Below, one piece after another: positions 13,802-26,006 of a stretch of DNA of 44,997 nucleotides. Position 1 is the stretch's first letter. Every line of letters begins with the position of its first letter. The stretch is taken from NCBI GenBank assembly GCA_000320545.1, contig ADNK01000492.1:1-44997 (forward strand), written 5' to 3'. The notes beneath the pieces are model-generated. The model searched no databases. It had not been told where the DNA came from and was given only the letters and a program-made list of their open reading frames with translations. The DNA comes from Bigelowiella natans CCMP2755. Its lineage: Eukaryota; Protista; Cercozoa. The position numbers and the translations under genes were made by a program.

Positions 13802-14043
13802 ATATCATATATGTGTGCTGTTTGTTTGCGTTATGCTACACGTCAAATGCGCGTCCTGAGCTCCTTTGATGATCCATTGCGTTTAAATACCCTACGTTGC
13901 CGCGTGCTCCTGCTAGCTTGAATTTAATGCTTTTAATAATGTCCACACGCTAAGCTTCTAGACCTTATCCATAATAACGGACACGGCATCGATTTGTGTT
14001 GTCATCATCACACCAACTGTGGTAGGTAGCATAGCTCTCTGCA

Positions 14044-14455
14044 TCAAGCAATGCCTGCAGAAGCGAACTTGGAAATCCTCGACGCAACCTTCCTTGAATG
14101 CATCTCGAGCACATCCTCATGTCCACATTCACTCAGCATGTGGAACTCTGCCCTCGGCAGCAGCTCTTTGAGGCGCTTAGCGCTCACCGTGGCATTGCAG
14201 ACAACGTCGTTTTCACCGAGCAAAACCTTTGTTTACGAGACAGGTGTACAGCAAAACCAATCATAATAGTTGCTTTAAGAATCACTACTTCCACTTTACG
14301 CCTACACTTGGTTGCAACCAAATTCAGCGCAAAATCAACGATAACGGCCCATATCATGACCACACCATCACATTGGGAAAAAATAAGCAGGGGCTCACCA
14401 TCAAAAATGTACATGCATAACAATGTGAATCCTACCCAAATACATATATTATACA

Positions 14456-14496
<41 letters not shown>

Positions 14497-14503
14497 ACAT
14501 ATT

Positions 14504-14549
<46 letters not shown>

Positions 14550-15872
14550 CGGAGCGAGAGATGGTGAGATGAAAATTGAGCGGGGGATAATGGAATAGTG
14601 CATGCTCAGGCTGACCATGACGGGAAATGACTGGGTTTGAAGTGCTGCGAAACCACGATCGAAGTCGACGAGAGGCTCAAAATAACGTAATGCCGAGAGG
14701 ATACAGCGTACATGGCCTGGATGGAACTTTGCTCGCATTTTGATAGCGTTGGCTTTGCGTCTCCTGACAGAAACGTCCATCGCTCTGCCGTGGTAATAGC
14801 CCTTATCTATTTGCATCGAGAGGAGCATAGCGCCAAGCATCTCGAATAAGAGGTCACCTAGCACGGGGATCTTGACGATTCTGCCCTCGATTGGAATAGG
14901 AACCTGCTTGTTGCAGCAGCAGCAATGAGGAGTTCGTTCAACAAAAGGCTTCGATTCGCTTGAGCAGCGGGGCATTCACCAAGAGCAGTACCACCACCAA
15001 CATCAGCACTAGCTAATAGTGATAGCCGCAGCACCAACGTTGAGAGAACAAACGCAACTACTTAATACTACTACTACTACTACTTCTACTACTACCTTGA
15101 TTCCCGCCGGGTTCATAAGGACTAAGTTTCTAACCAGAGAGGGATACTCTAATGCGAACAGCGCGCTGATCGGTCCCCCCATTGAGAACCCAACGAGCGT
15201 GAAGGGTTTCAACGTCAACCCCCTCGTCCTTGGCGCAAGCTTTATCAGCAGCTGAGCCAGATGTCCCACGAGTGCGAACCGGTCAACATTAAACGAGACA
15301 CCATCGGTATATCCATGCCCGTAGTAGTCGTATGCCAGCACCTTATTACGGAGGAGAAGGAGAAGAAGAAGAAGAAGAAGAAGAAGAAGAAGAACAACAC
15401 AGAACGAAGACGAGTAGTGTCAGTCAGTAATAATACGCTCTCAGCAGTCGGTTTCCATACCATCTTAGAAAAAACTGTCAAAATGATGTGCATACTCGTG
15501 CGGTTTTAGAACAAGAACCGTGTTGTTGCCTTGAGACAGCTCGTTGACCAGATTTGTTAGATCGGCAGCTTCCGAGCTCCAGCCGTGTACAAGGACGATG
15601 AGAGGACCGCTGTTACCCTCCCCTCGGAGCATGTAGTGGGTTGAGATACCATTGATCTCCACGAATTCTCCCGGCGCTTCTGTTTTCAGCTCTGGAAGGA
15701 CAGGGTAAACCAAAGTACTTCTTCCCTGAATAGTCCGAACAAAGGGGTGGGGGCCAATTCAATTCATGCCAGGGAACAAGAGGCTGCTCACACACACCTT
15801 CTGTAAGTGCCGTCTCCGAAACTTAGCGAGAAGGAGCAGGCGGAGGAATGCCTCCCAGAACACCCCTCCCAT
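14044..15872 (-). CDS. Alpha/beta-hydrolase fold enzyme (Abhydrolase_1-like), 5 exons
   Basis: MGGVFWEAFLRLLLL start, PLIVLVHGW, VLAYDYYGHG, nucleophile elbow GFSMGG, VLLGEND (catalytic Asp) and ECGH (catalytic His). Stop at 14044-14046. Confidence 0.88.
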
Positions 15873-16104
15873 TGCTTCACTTCGAGAGAGGGGAGAGGTA
15901 GGTTGCGAGGGGGGGTAAGATCGTTTATCTAAGACTGGGACACTTACTTCCGATAATTATCGTTAAATATTAGCCTTGACTGTGACAAATATTTACGCTT
16001 ACTTTGACCGAGGATTTTTCCTCTAATTTAATATCAGGTTACGATGTACCAGGTCTATCTATCTGATTAATGTGTAAATATTTTAGATATTTTCAGCTTG
16101 AAAA
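15873..16104. promoter_or_regulatory. Putative bidirectional promoter (hydrolase / DEP)
   Basis: 232-bp AT-rich head-to-head spacer. Inferred from position only. Confidence 0.45.
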
Positions 16105-16876
16105 ATGGACCAATCAGTCCTCTCCACTCCCCAAAGCTCTATGGCCCGCCGCAGGACGTCGACGTATTCAAATGATGATAAGATCGGAAGAAGAAGAATG
16201 AAGATGAATTTGAAGATCTCCTCCTCATCATCTTCCTCCTCCTCTTCCCCCTCCTCCGCCACTCCTTCGTTTTGTAAGTGGATGGATATAGACGATTTGA
16301 CTGAGATACACAAGACGTTGATGGAGTTTAAGGACTCACATGTCAAGGTGCCCCTTTCCATCATCATAAAAACTCAGTTCTATTTTTTGGCACTGGGGTT
16401 ATAGAAGAGCTCATTACACTATGGGTGATGTTTTTCTATACACATCCTCCTCTTCCTATTCCGTCATCACATCAGAATCGACGCTATCGGCTGAAGACAT
16501 ACAAAAACGTCTTCCTCGGCAATGAGCTCGTAGACTTCCTTCAACTTAAGTCACGATGCCAACTTCCTGTCAACCGCCCTGCAGCTTTAGAACTCTGTCG
16601 TCGCCTATACAATAAAGGCCTTATCTTCCATGTTCTCGGGGAGCACGAATTTGAAGTAGAGTGACGATGAATAGAAGACGATGATGATGATGATGATGAT
16701 GAAGAAGAAGAAGAAGAGACGTAACACGCGGCGGAGTTTCCGAATATTATGCATCATCACCATCATTGCCACTATGATACGTTGTCATCGTTCATGACGA
16801 TGGCCGTTCTCATCATCATCATCATCATAATCATCATCATCATCGCCATCATGTGCTCGTGATCCCCGATAGCACC

Positions 16877-16933
<57 letters not shown>

Positions 16934-17974
16934 TATTACTACTACTATCAGGACAATTCCTTATTTTACCAGTTCGCATCTTCCCCTATCACACCTGTAT
17001 CGCTGCAGCCCGATCCTACCAACAACCGAGTCTTAGACGAGGAAGATGACAAGCATGGCCTCTCAAGGTGCTAAAACTATGAAGAGGGGTATTTGAACGA
17101 CCCTTTCCACAAAAACTGACAAATTAACATCTGCAATAACACCTAATGACTATCAACAGGGTGGAGGAGAGCGATCAGGATCATGCTAGCCAGCTTAGTA
17201 GAAGGCGGATAGCAGAGCCGTACGAGGAATCTGCTGATTCGTTGCTGCTTCCCGTGATCCCAGTAGACATGAAGAATCCTGGCCGGAGAAGAAGCAAACT
17301 CCAACGATTCTTCAGCGTGAAGTCCCTTCCTGACTCTACCTCTGCCTCCAGAGGTAGCAGTGGGGGCAGTGTTAATGCTGCCGCTTCTAGGTGAAGAAAA
17401 CTGGATTATGTGTTATAGATAGAAGCAGCGAGTAGAATAATTCTTATTGGAGACGATAGTTGTTGTCCTTGGGCTGCTATGCCTCTTGACTCCCTCCCAA
17501 TGATGAACGAAGCAGACTATCAAAATGCTATAAATGAAAGTAGTGATAACAAATCACCAGTCACGAAATCAGCTTACCATATTTTGCTGAAATAACTTTG
17601 TTATTTTCGCATCATCATTCAGCATCATCATTACTAATGCCAAACATCAAACAGAGACCATCAGCGTCCTTATTCAACTCTTTTATTGGTGGTTTTCCAC
17701 CGATGTGTAAAACAGTCGCCGTCGCAAAAGTGAGAAGGATGTTGCTGCGTCTCGCTCCACCCCCCCTCCGTCCTGCGATCCCGGAAGGAAAGGAAACGGT
17801 GGAGCTCCTGTCCCCAGTACAGTATCATGTCCAAGTGTCGGCCTCGGATCATCACCACCAAGCTGCTACCACTTATCGTATTTCCTCCACGTCGCTGCCT
17901 CCTCCACCATCATCACCATCATCATCATCATCATCCTGGCATTTCTGTGGCAGGAGCGCTTAAGGGTAATATAA
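16105..17974 (+). CDS. DEP-domain protein (3' end uncertain: stop at 17963 or 17974, or spliced into the next gene)
   Basis: Spliced DEP signature VK|NRRYRLKTYKNVFLGNELVDFL..RPAALELCRRLYNKGLIFHVLGEHEFE|DNSLFYQF, followed by Ser-rich exons. Confidence 0.8.
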
Positions 17975-18004
17975 TTCGATAAGAAGAAGATCACGCCAAC
18001 TGCC

Positions 18005-18419
18005 ATGCTACTGCTGCCCAAACGAGGAGCTCCACCGCTAAAATATAATCCGATGATCATCCTTTTTGCTGCGTTGATATCTCATTCCTCTTGGCAATGC
18101 TCGGTAGCACTAGTTAGTAGATAGACAGAACGAAGGCGCGCATCACAACCAAAATACCAGGGACCGAACTCCCATCCTGCTTTGGAGATAATATGGAGGG
18201 ATGATATCACCCCCTTCTTCTTCTTCTTCTCCTCCTCCTCTTCCTCCTCCTTCTACTCAAGCTCCTTCTCTTCTTCCAACCACTACTCATCTCTTCTCTT
18301 TGTCTTCTTCTTCTTCTTCCTATGCTGCTCTATGAGCGTAGCTAGTCGAAGCAAACTCGCAGTTAAGTGCTTCGCTTGGAGAAGCACATCGCCGGTAAGT
18401 GACCGAAAACCTGATAATT

Positions 18420-18456
<37 letters not shown>

Positions 18457-18511
18457 CGAAGAGAATGATGAATATGAAAGCTAGACGTAGGCATCGCTCA
18501 TGATGTCATAA

Positions 18512-18555
<44 letters not shown>

Positions 18556-19117
18556 ACCAACAGCCTGTCCCTTTATGAGGATGTCGATGTTAAAGGACTC
18601 CCTCCATGGCTTAATCATTCTTCTTCTCACTTTCTTCCTTCTTCATCATCATCGTCCCCGTCCTCGTCTTTCTCCGCTATTCCGCTTCCATGTCCGCGCT
18701 GCGGTGCGACACTTGACCCGCACCTCACTGAATCACCGTGGGGATATTGCCATCGATGCAAGGCTGATATTCTTGCCTTCTCCTCCTCTTCCTCCTCGCC
18801 AGACATCTCTTCGCAAACAGCGACGAGTACTGAGGAAGTAGTGAACAATCACCCTTATTATCATCATCATCATCACCACCAGCAGCAGCAGCAGCAGCAG
18901 CAGACTTCAGTTGAATGTCGAGACCCTTCGGGTGTTGTCATCAAAGTGGACAACAACAAGAACAACAACGCCGTTGGAGGGAAAAGAAGAAGAAAAAGTA
19001 GTAGCAGCAGCAGCAGCAGCAGCCCAGGTGATCCAAGGGGAATGAGGCTTCTAGATCACGATGTAGAGAGAGCGGTCAGAGCACTTGAAGACTGTGGATA
19101 TGTAAGTTTTTCAATGC

Positions 19118-19149
<32 letters not shown>

Positions 19150-19325
19150 GTAATGATGATTATTATAGTTTTTCGGAAATCTGACCCTGGGATGATGAAA
19201 GCTGTGTTTATTGCGGGTTTCTTCTATATTATGTTGGTCTTGGGCGTTGTTCGCCTACAGGTGTATCTTGAGCGGATCTTCAAGCCACAGCACGTTAGGG
19301 ATATCAAAGTGGAGGTGATATCTAC

Positions 19326-19363
<38 letters not shown>

Positions 19364-21639
19364 AGCTGGAAGATGATTATCATTCAGTCAGTGTGGCTAG
19401 TATTAATCGAGAAGAAAAGGAAGAAGGATCTCTCTTTTTTACGTCATATCATCTTCCGATTCTCCCCTCCTTCTCCTCCTTTTGCTCCTCTACCTCTATC
19501 TCTCTCTTCTTTCTCCCTCCTCCTCCTCATCCTCTTCCTCCTCTTCCTCCATAGCTGCTTGCTTTCTTGTCAGCAGCAGCTCCCTGCTTGTCCATTTTCT
19601 GTTCCTACTTATCCTCACTTCCTCTTCATTTTACACGTTTCTGATTGATTTCCATATTCCCGCTACAACCATCTATTACTTCAACAACTCCTCCTTCTCC
19701 TCCTCCTCCTCCTCCTCCGCCACCTCCTCAGCTAGCGAAACTACTCAAGCGGCGCGAATTCAGAGATGTTTTCTCTATACCCGTGGCAGGGGAGGGCCGT
19801 GAAGAGTTCATGCTACCATTCAGGCCGCCATTTAACAACTCCATCCTTCTGCAGACACATGCACTTCGTGACATCGTGCTCAGGTGGTACAAGGGGAGAA
19901 GCGCAGCCTTTCAGGGGAGGGGGGGAGGGGGGGGGGCGTGGGGGCTGTTTGGAATGCTGGAATTATAAAGAAGTAGTGATACCTTGGAGATCTTGCCCTC
20001 CTTCTCCTCCTCCTCCTCCTCCTCATCCTCTCCTTTCATTAAAAATACGACGTTCCATACCTTGTTTGCTACAACTGGTGCTGCTGTGCTGCTGCTGTAG
20101 GTTTCTTGGCGGAGAGCATGTGAAGATCCACTTGTTGTCCGTGGTACTGTCTTACCCTGGGAGCAGCGAGCAGGGGTGGCATCAGGACTGGCGGTATCTC
20201 TTCAACAAAGACACAAAAGACCCCCCTTATGCTGTACAGGTAGTGTAGCTAGTACCTAGTACTCCTCCCGCCTCCTTACATAAACGTCGTTGTATTGCCT
20301 CTGCTTCTCCTCTGTGGTGGTGGATTCCGATGTGGGCAATTTTTCGTCGATCTTGTTGTCATTCTTACTCTCATTTCTCGTCCATAGGTGGGCATTCCGC
20401 TGGAGGATTGGAGCGATGATATGGGGTAGCAGATAGAATAGATAGATAGATAGATAGATAGATAGTAGTAGTCATCATCACCAGAGATGTAACGATGATC
20501 CATTCTTGATGCAAGCCACCCTCTGGACTTTCGTATGCTACAATAGTTGTTCACTGTAGCCGTTCCATAAGCATGTACACACTCTGATATATGATCATAT
20601 CAGTGATTGCGGTTTCTTTGGAAGAAATCTTTGACGTCCTCCTTCCCTAGCTCTCCTCCCATCCACTCACACAGTACAGAAATAATGCTGACACATAAAC
20701 AACTTATGCACGATACCCCAGGCCTACCCAGTTCTGCCCTGGCTCTAACGACCGCTTTTACAATGGGAAGCCGTGCGAAATGCCGATTGCGGCTGGAAGT
20801 TCTGTTGGTGATGCTGTGATATGGGACTACCGTGTTCTCCATCGAGGTCCCGCCAACAAGAATGGTAGTAGTAGTAGTAGTAGTAGTAGTAGTACCTTTC
20901 TCACGTTTACAATCCATGAAAGAGAAAGAAAAAAGCAGCAGCAGCTTTACACACTCGCCGAAATTATCATTAGAAAATAAATAAGGTGATGAGGAACATC
21001 GATAATAATGCTGCTGCTCCTTTAGTTTTGTCCTGTCTACGATGAACAACGTGCCCTTCGTTTTTCATCATCAGCATCATTATCATCATCATTCGTGCTG
21101 CTCATTCCAGTGTTCCTTCTGCTGATTCCTAACTCTGCCACTGCTGCTTAACAACAATCTCTTGTAGCAAATCGTGTGAGAGGCATGATGTTAGCCGCCC
21201 TCTCCCGCTCATTCTTTGTCAATAATGACGCGTTCATCAATCGAGGAGTCACGAACGTGCAGACTCTACACCAGCGAAGGTATGTGCAAGTGTGTGTGTG
21301 TGTGTGTGTGTATGTGTGTGAGTGTTCGTAGTATGCTTTAAGGAAGACCCTTCGACTGCAATTAGTTGAACGAGGATAAAATCTTCATTGTAGTTGACGA
21401 ACGATTGCCTGCTAGTAATGATGATTCACGCATTTCCTTTGCACAGTACACGATAAATATTACGCATAATATAAATCAATTACACGTGTCTCTCTTGAAA
21501 ATATTCAGCTTAGCGATGAGCATTGAAGATTTTGCTTCTTCTTTTGATGGTTAGGTACTGGGAGAGCTCGTATTGGCACCCTGAGGATTCAAGCCTGTAT
21601 TTTGCAGATGAAATCGACAAAATGCATGCTCATATTTGA
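18005..21639 (+). CDS. Phytanoyl-CoA dioxygenase (PhyH)-family 2OG-Fe(II) oxygenase with N-terminal hydrophobic leader and CxxC..CxxC motif
   Basis: AVRALEDCGY|VYLERIF, QGWHQD (HxD), VGIPLED, PTQFCPGS, GDAVIWDYRVLHRGPAN (distal His) and NRVR. Last exon YWESSYWHPED..HAHI* (TGA 21637-21639). Upstream in-frame exons encode CPRCGATLDPHLTESPWGYCHRCK. The 5' end is uncertain. Confidence 0.82.
20865..20894 (+). repeat. (GTA)10 microsatellite forming the 5' splice site of a PhyH intron
   Basis: aag aat g|gtagtagta.. splices in phase to cttgtag|ca aat cgt at about 21168. Confidence 0.7.
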
Positions 21640-21753
21640 TGTGCGTAGTAAATTTTTATTTGCGCACTGTACGTCAGAGGCAAACAAACCTTTCTAATCG
21701 ATCGATCAATCATGCTGTATGTGTAGGAAATAGCAATGTCAGCCACGTGGCTA

Positions 21754-21808
<55 letters not shown>

Positions 21809-21823
21809 ATCACACTTGCTACA

Positions 21824-21881
21824 CTGCACAGCTACATTAGGATGACCATTGAACAAATTTAATTTGATTGATTACACCCGT
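21824..21881. repeat. Third, dispersed copy of the ~70-bp repeat, after (TA)n(TG)n
   Basis: agctacattaggatgaccattgaacaaatttaatt matches the copy at 13674 (agctacattaggatgaccattgaaaaaatttaatt) with one mismatch, then diverges. Confidence 0.85.
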
Positions 21882-22664
21882 GTTACTAGCTACAACTTGG
21901 GAGACGCATAAGCCAAGCACACATGTAAGCGAGGCTCTTCATATTACATACGTGCGAGCGCCATTTTGCGATGCGCGTATTTATTATATTGGTTGTGCAT
22001 TACATTGCACCTTCACGTTCTATATTTTTTGCCTAATTGTAGCCCTTTCATTTTGCCTATACTAGTATAGCTATAGTTACTTTGTAGTTATTTGTACATT
22101 TACCTTAACTCGATGCTTCGACTACGGCTAGCTAAATGATAACCATATGTATTCACAACGTACGACTATATGACTACAAGTACCCCTTGGCACACCCACT
22201 TATATATGAGGTCTCTGCTGCCTCTAGCTACGCATGATGTCACAGTAAACATTATCAAGTGTAAGGTCATCGATGGCTTGCGCCAGCTAGCAGCTAGACT
22301 GCCTATCCGATCCGGCACCTTTATTTTAATATATTAGTCGTCAAAGCATATTGCTATCAAAATATCTAGCAGAATACTGTAGGCGCGCACGTACATGCAG
22401 AGATGCAAATCGAACATTGCTGTGGCTGATAGGGCCATGCTTTCTAGATGTTATGTGGCGAGCATGCTAGCTAGCTATGTGCATATGTATACGCAGCTAG
22501 CATCGATCACAGCGACTCATCAGTGCTAATATATCTTGCAGCGATGCCGCTGATCATGCTAGCATGGGCACAGCACACACACTCACACGTCGGTTGCAAC
22601 GTGTCTACATGTAGTAAACTCAGGCCATCCTATTTTAATCCACCAGTGTTACTTGATTGACTTC

Positions 22665-23665
22665 TTAAATAGAAGATTTCCCAACACACGGCAGAATTTC
22701 TCTGCCCTTGTAGATTTGGTAGCAATACCAAAGTATTTTCAGAATATCAAGTACCTGATAACATGAGGTGCAACATTATTTGGGAGTGCTTGTGTCTATT
22801 ATCAACTGCTCATTTACAAGAAATGTGTATTGTTAGAATCCCAAACTTTAAAAGAGTGTATGAACTACAGAAAGTAATTTTGCATTTATGTGTTTTCTAT
22901 CCATTCTTCCTGAGATTGGCTGACCATCTTTGCGACCCAGATTTCAAAGATTTCCAACGCAGTTTTTGACAATGTCCTGAATGAGAACACGGTTACAAGT
23001 TCAATGGGTATCAGTGGAACGTTGATAAAATGTCCCTATCCCCCTTCTGGATCTCCTAATGCTCACTTTTATTTTATCTTCCTTATGAAAATCCTCTTTT
23101 TTAACGGGCTCCTACCTGACTGCTCCGTTCGTGATATTGTCAGAGCAATCAGCGTCCTGCATCGCCCGGAAAAATCCTTTTAATAGTTCCAAAGACAATC
23201 TATTAGTTCTCACTCAGAGAGAATTATAGAAACAATAGGAAGATAACATAGCTAGTGTTGCGTCATTGTAAGAGCAGTGATCCATGTTTGCGCGTGCACG
23301 CGTGTGTGCGTGCGTGCGTGTGTGTTTGTGCATGTGTGCGTGTAATGTGTTTTTCTGTAACAGAAGAGCAAGACCTTTTGCCTTTGCAATGAAAGCGAAG
23401 GAGACAGACGTGGTGATTATCAATCCTAACTGGAAAGTATTGTACGTTGTTTTAGCAGCAGCAGCACCAGTAGTAGTATTAGTCGTAGTAGTGGTAGTGG
23501 TAGTAGTAATAGTAGTAATAGTAGAGAGTTGCAATGAATTTCCGCTAAATACAACAACATATAGATTTAAGAAGAAGTGGTGTAGTCGGGAGAAGGCGAG
23601 AACCTTCGGTCTAAAAATCTACATTGATATTGCACACAAAAAAAATACCCACAACGCGCGCGAAA

Positions 23666-23696
<31 letters not shown>

Positions 23697-24288
23697 CACT
23701 ATTACCGTGCAGCAACAGTTGCCAAAGTTTTGGTAGTAAGATGGAATCTGTGGAGACAAAATAGTAAAAGATAGTTCATCAGGAGAAGTGCTGGATTTGA
23801 AAGCGTTGCACCCCCCCTCCCCGCTCTCTCAATTCTACATACACATGAGGGCTGAAACTGACCGCATCGTTTTCAGGATCTGTGTCAACCGCATTTTTGA
23901 AGCCCCAAACGCCGAAGCAAATGTCGAAGCATCCAGCGAAGAGAGTAATAATCATCACCGCAAGAGTTGTGGCCGTCACCTGGAGAAAGAAAGATTTAAG
24001 GAGAGAAGATCGATGGGTAAGGAGGAGGTGAATAGATATACACCTCTGAACTAGAAGAGATAAATTAAATAAGGTGTTCAAAATCCCATTCTTACTGATC
24101 GTGTGAGTTGTTCTACAACTTAATTAAATCTCATGTTCCGAGTACTAGAAAAGGAAAGGACAGGGGGAGAGGTGGCAGATGATTACAGTATCAATAACGT
24201 GCTCCACGTTGTTCACTTGCTCCCGGGTCACATCGCAATCTTCCCTAAGATAGATGCAAATGCGTGAGAATGTGAAACAGGTTGTTAG

Positions 24289-24327
<39 letters not shown>

Positions 24328-24986
24328 TGATGATGTGGTATCTTCTCCGCTGAGTATATATATATCATTTTTTTATTACTTCCAGAGGATTTCTGGTCGG
24401 TTCCAAGCAGTCCAATTGACTGACAGAGAGTCGGAGGCGTACACGTACTGAGAGAGGAGGATCGGGCCATCTGCATTGTGGTGGAAGATACATAGTTTAC
24501 ACGCCATGACTGAGGAAGACTACTCTCGACTGGCGAAATTGAGTTTCTAAAAGAATGATTCGGTGAGAGGTCGATTTCTGCTCTGCGGCCGTGCTATTTG
24601 GAAGCGTGAAGCGAGTCTTTCTGTGTTAAGATACGGTACTGCTAATTATTCCGTCTGTGTTATCAATTACTATTTGTCTTGAGGTTGTAGTTGTAGAGGT
24701 GCTCTTCCGCACTTTCATCCATCTAACGAAGAAGAATGGAAGCTTAACGAAGGAAAGAAACAAGACATCATACATGCGCGGGAGGGGATTATATTGGTTC
24801 GCACGTACACAGATTATGAAGGATATTGTAGGATAACAACAAAGGACAAGGTACAACCGCAATGAAACGGTTGTCGGTTCTGGCGCAGCTGCCACTCTGA
24901 GGATGCGAGGTTCGAAATGGGTTTCTGGTCGATAGCAGTAGTTAGCGGGGCTTCTTAGATTACTTCACAACATCATACTTTTTAAA

Positions 24987-25021
<35 letters not shown>

Positions 25022-25025
25022 CCCT

Positions 25026-25069
<44 letters not shown>

Positions 25070-25962
25070 GTGTGTGTGTGTGTGTGTGTGTGTTTGAGAG
25101 GAAGAGAAAGAGAGGGAGAGAGAAAGCGTGTGCTTTTTAATAGAGACAGGATGAACAAAGGATGGATATCAAGAGAAACTCCTACTTTTGGTCCCCGTTT
25201 GCATTCGAAACAGTGAAAGCAGCTCCCTATTGTCATCAGCAAACATAAAACGAAGGAGATAAGTTAGAAAGTTTAAGAAGTTGGGGTACAGTAGACCATA
25301 GTACAAAGCAAGATACAGCTCTCTGGAACAGGCTTTATCACCATCATCGCCATTATCAATCAATCATAGCTATCGATGAAATCATTCGTTACGACAAGAT
25401 AACACCGTCAAGTTGAGGCCCGCTGGATAATCGCTGAAAGAAGCTCTGACGCCATCTGAGAAAGTATCATGAGAATTGATGAGAAGAGCGGTGATAATAA
25501 CGACACAGTGGTGATGATGATAGTGAGATAATAGAAGCGATAAATCTAGGACAGCAAGTATTATGCACACGCTTGTTCAGCAGTACCGTTTTTGCTGTAG
25601 CTTCCTGTACACGGTAGCCCTTCTCCTCCAGTAAATTGAAGGTACGGACCTTTGATATGGTGTTAGCAATTTGGAGAAAATGTATAAAAAAAGAGGCAGG
25701 ATTTACATTACAATTTATAATCTAAGAGAGGGATGAATGTATTCGCACAGTGCACTATTAAGGAGAGGACGATTAGTTGTGTGCATTACGTCCAATTGCA
25801 GGGTCACGTGAGTAATACCATCGTTCTCCAGTTCCTGAATAGTGGAGGAGATGTGTTTTGCGCGTCAGTGTGTGTGTGTGTGTGCTGGTGGACTGTGTGG
25901 AGACCAAATGTATCGAGCTAACTTTCTAAAAACATCCAGATTCATGTAATAATGAAAAGGGG

Positions 25963-26006
<44 letters not shown>

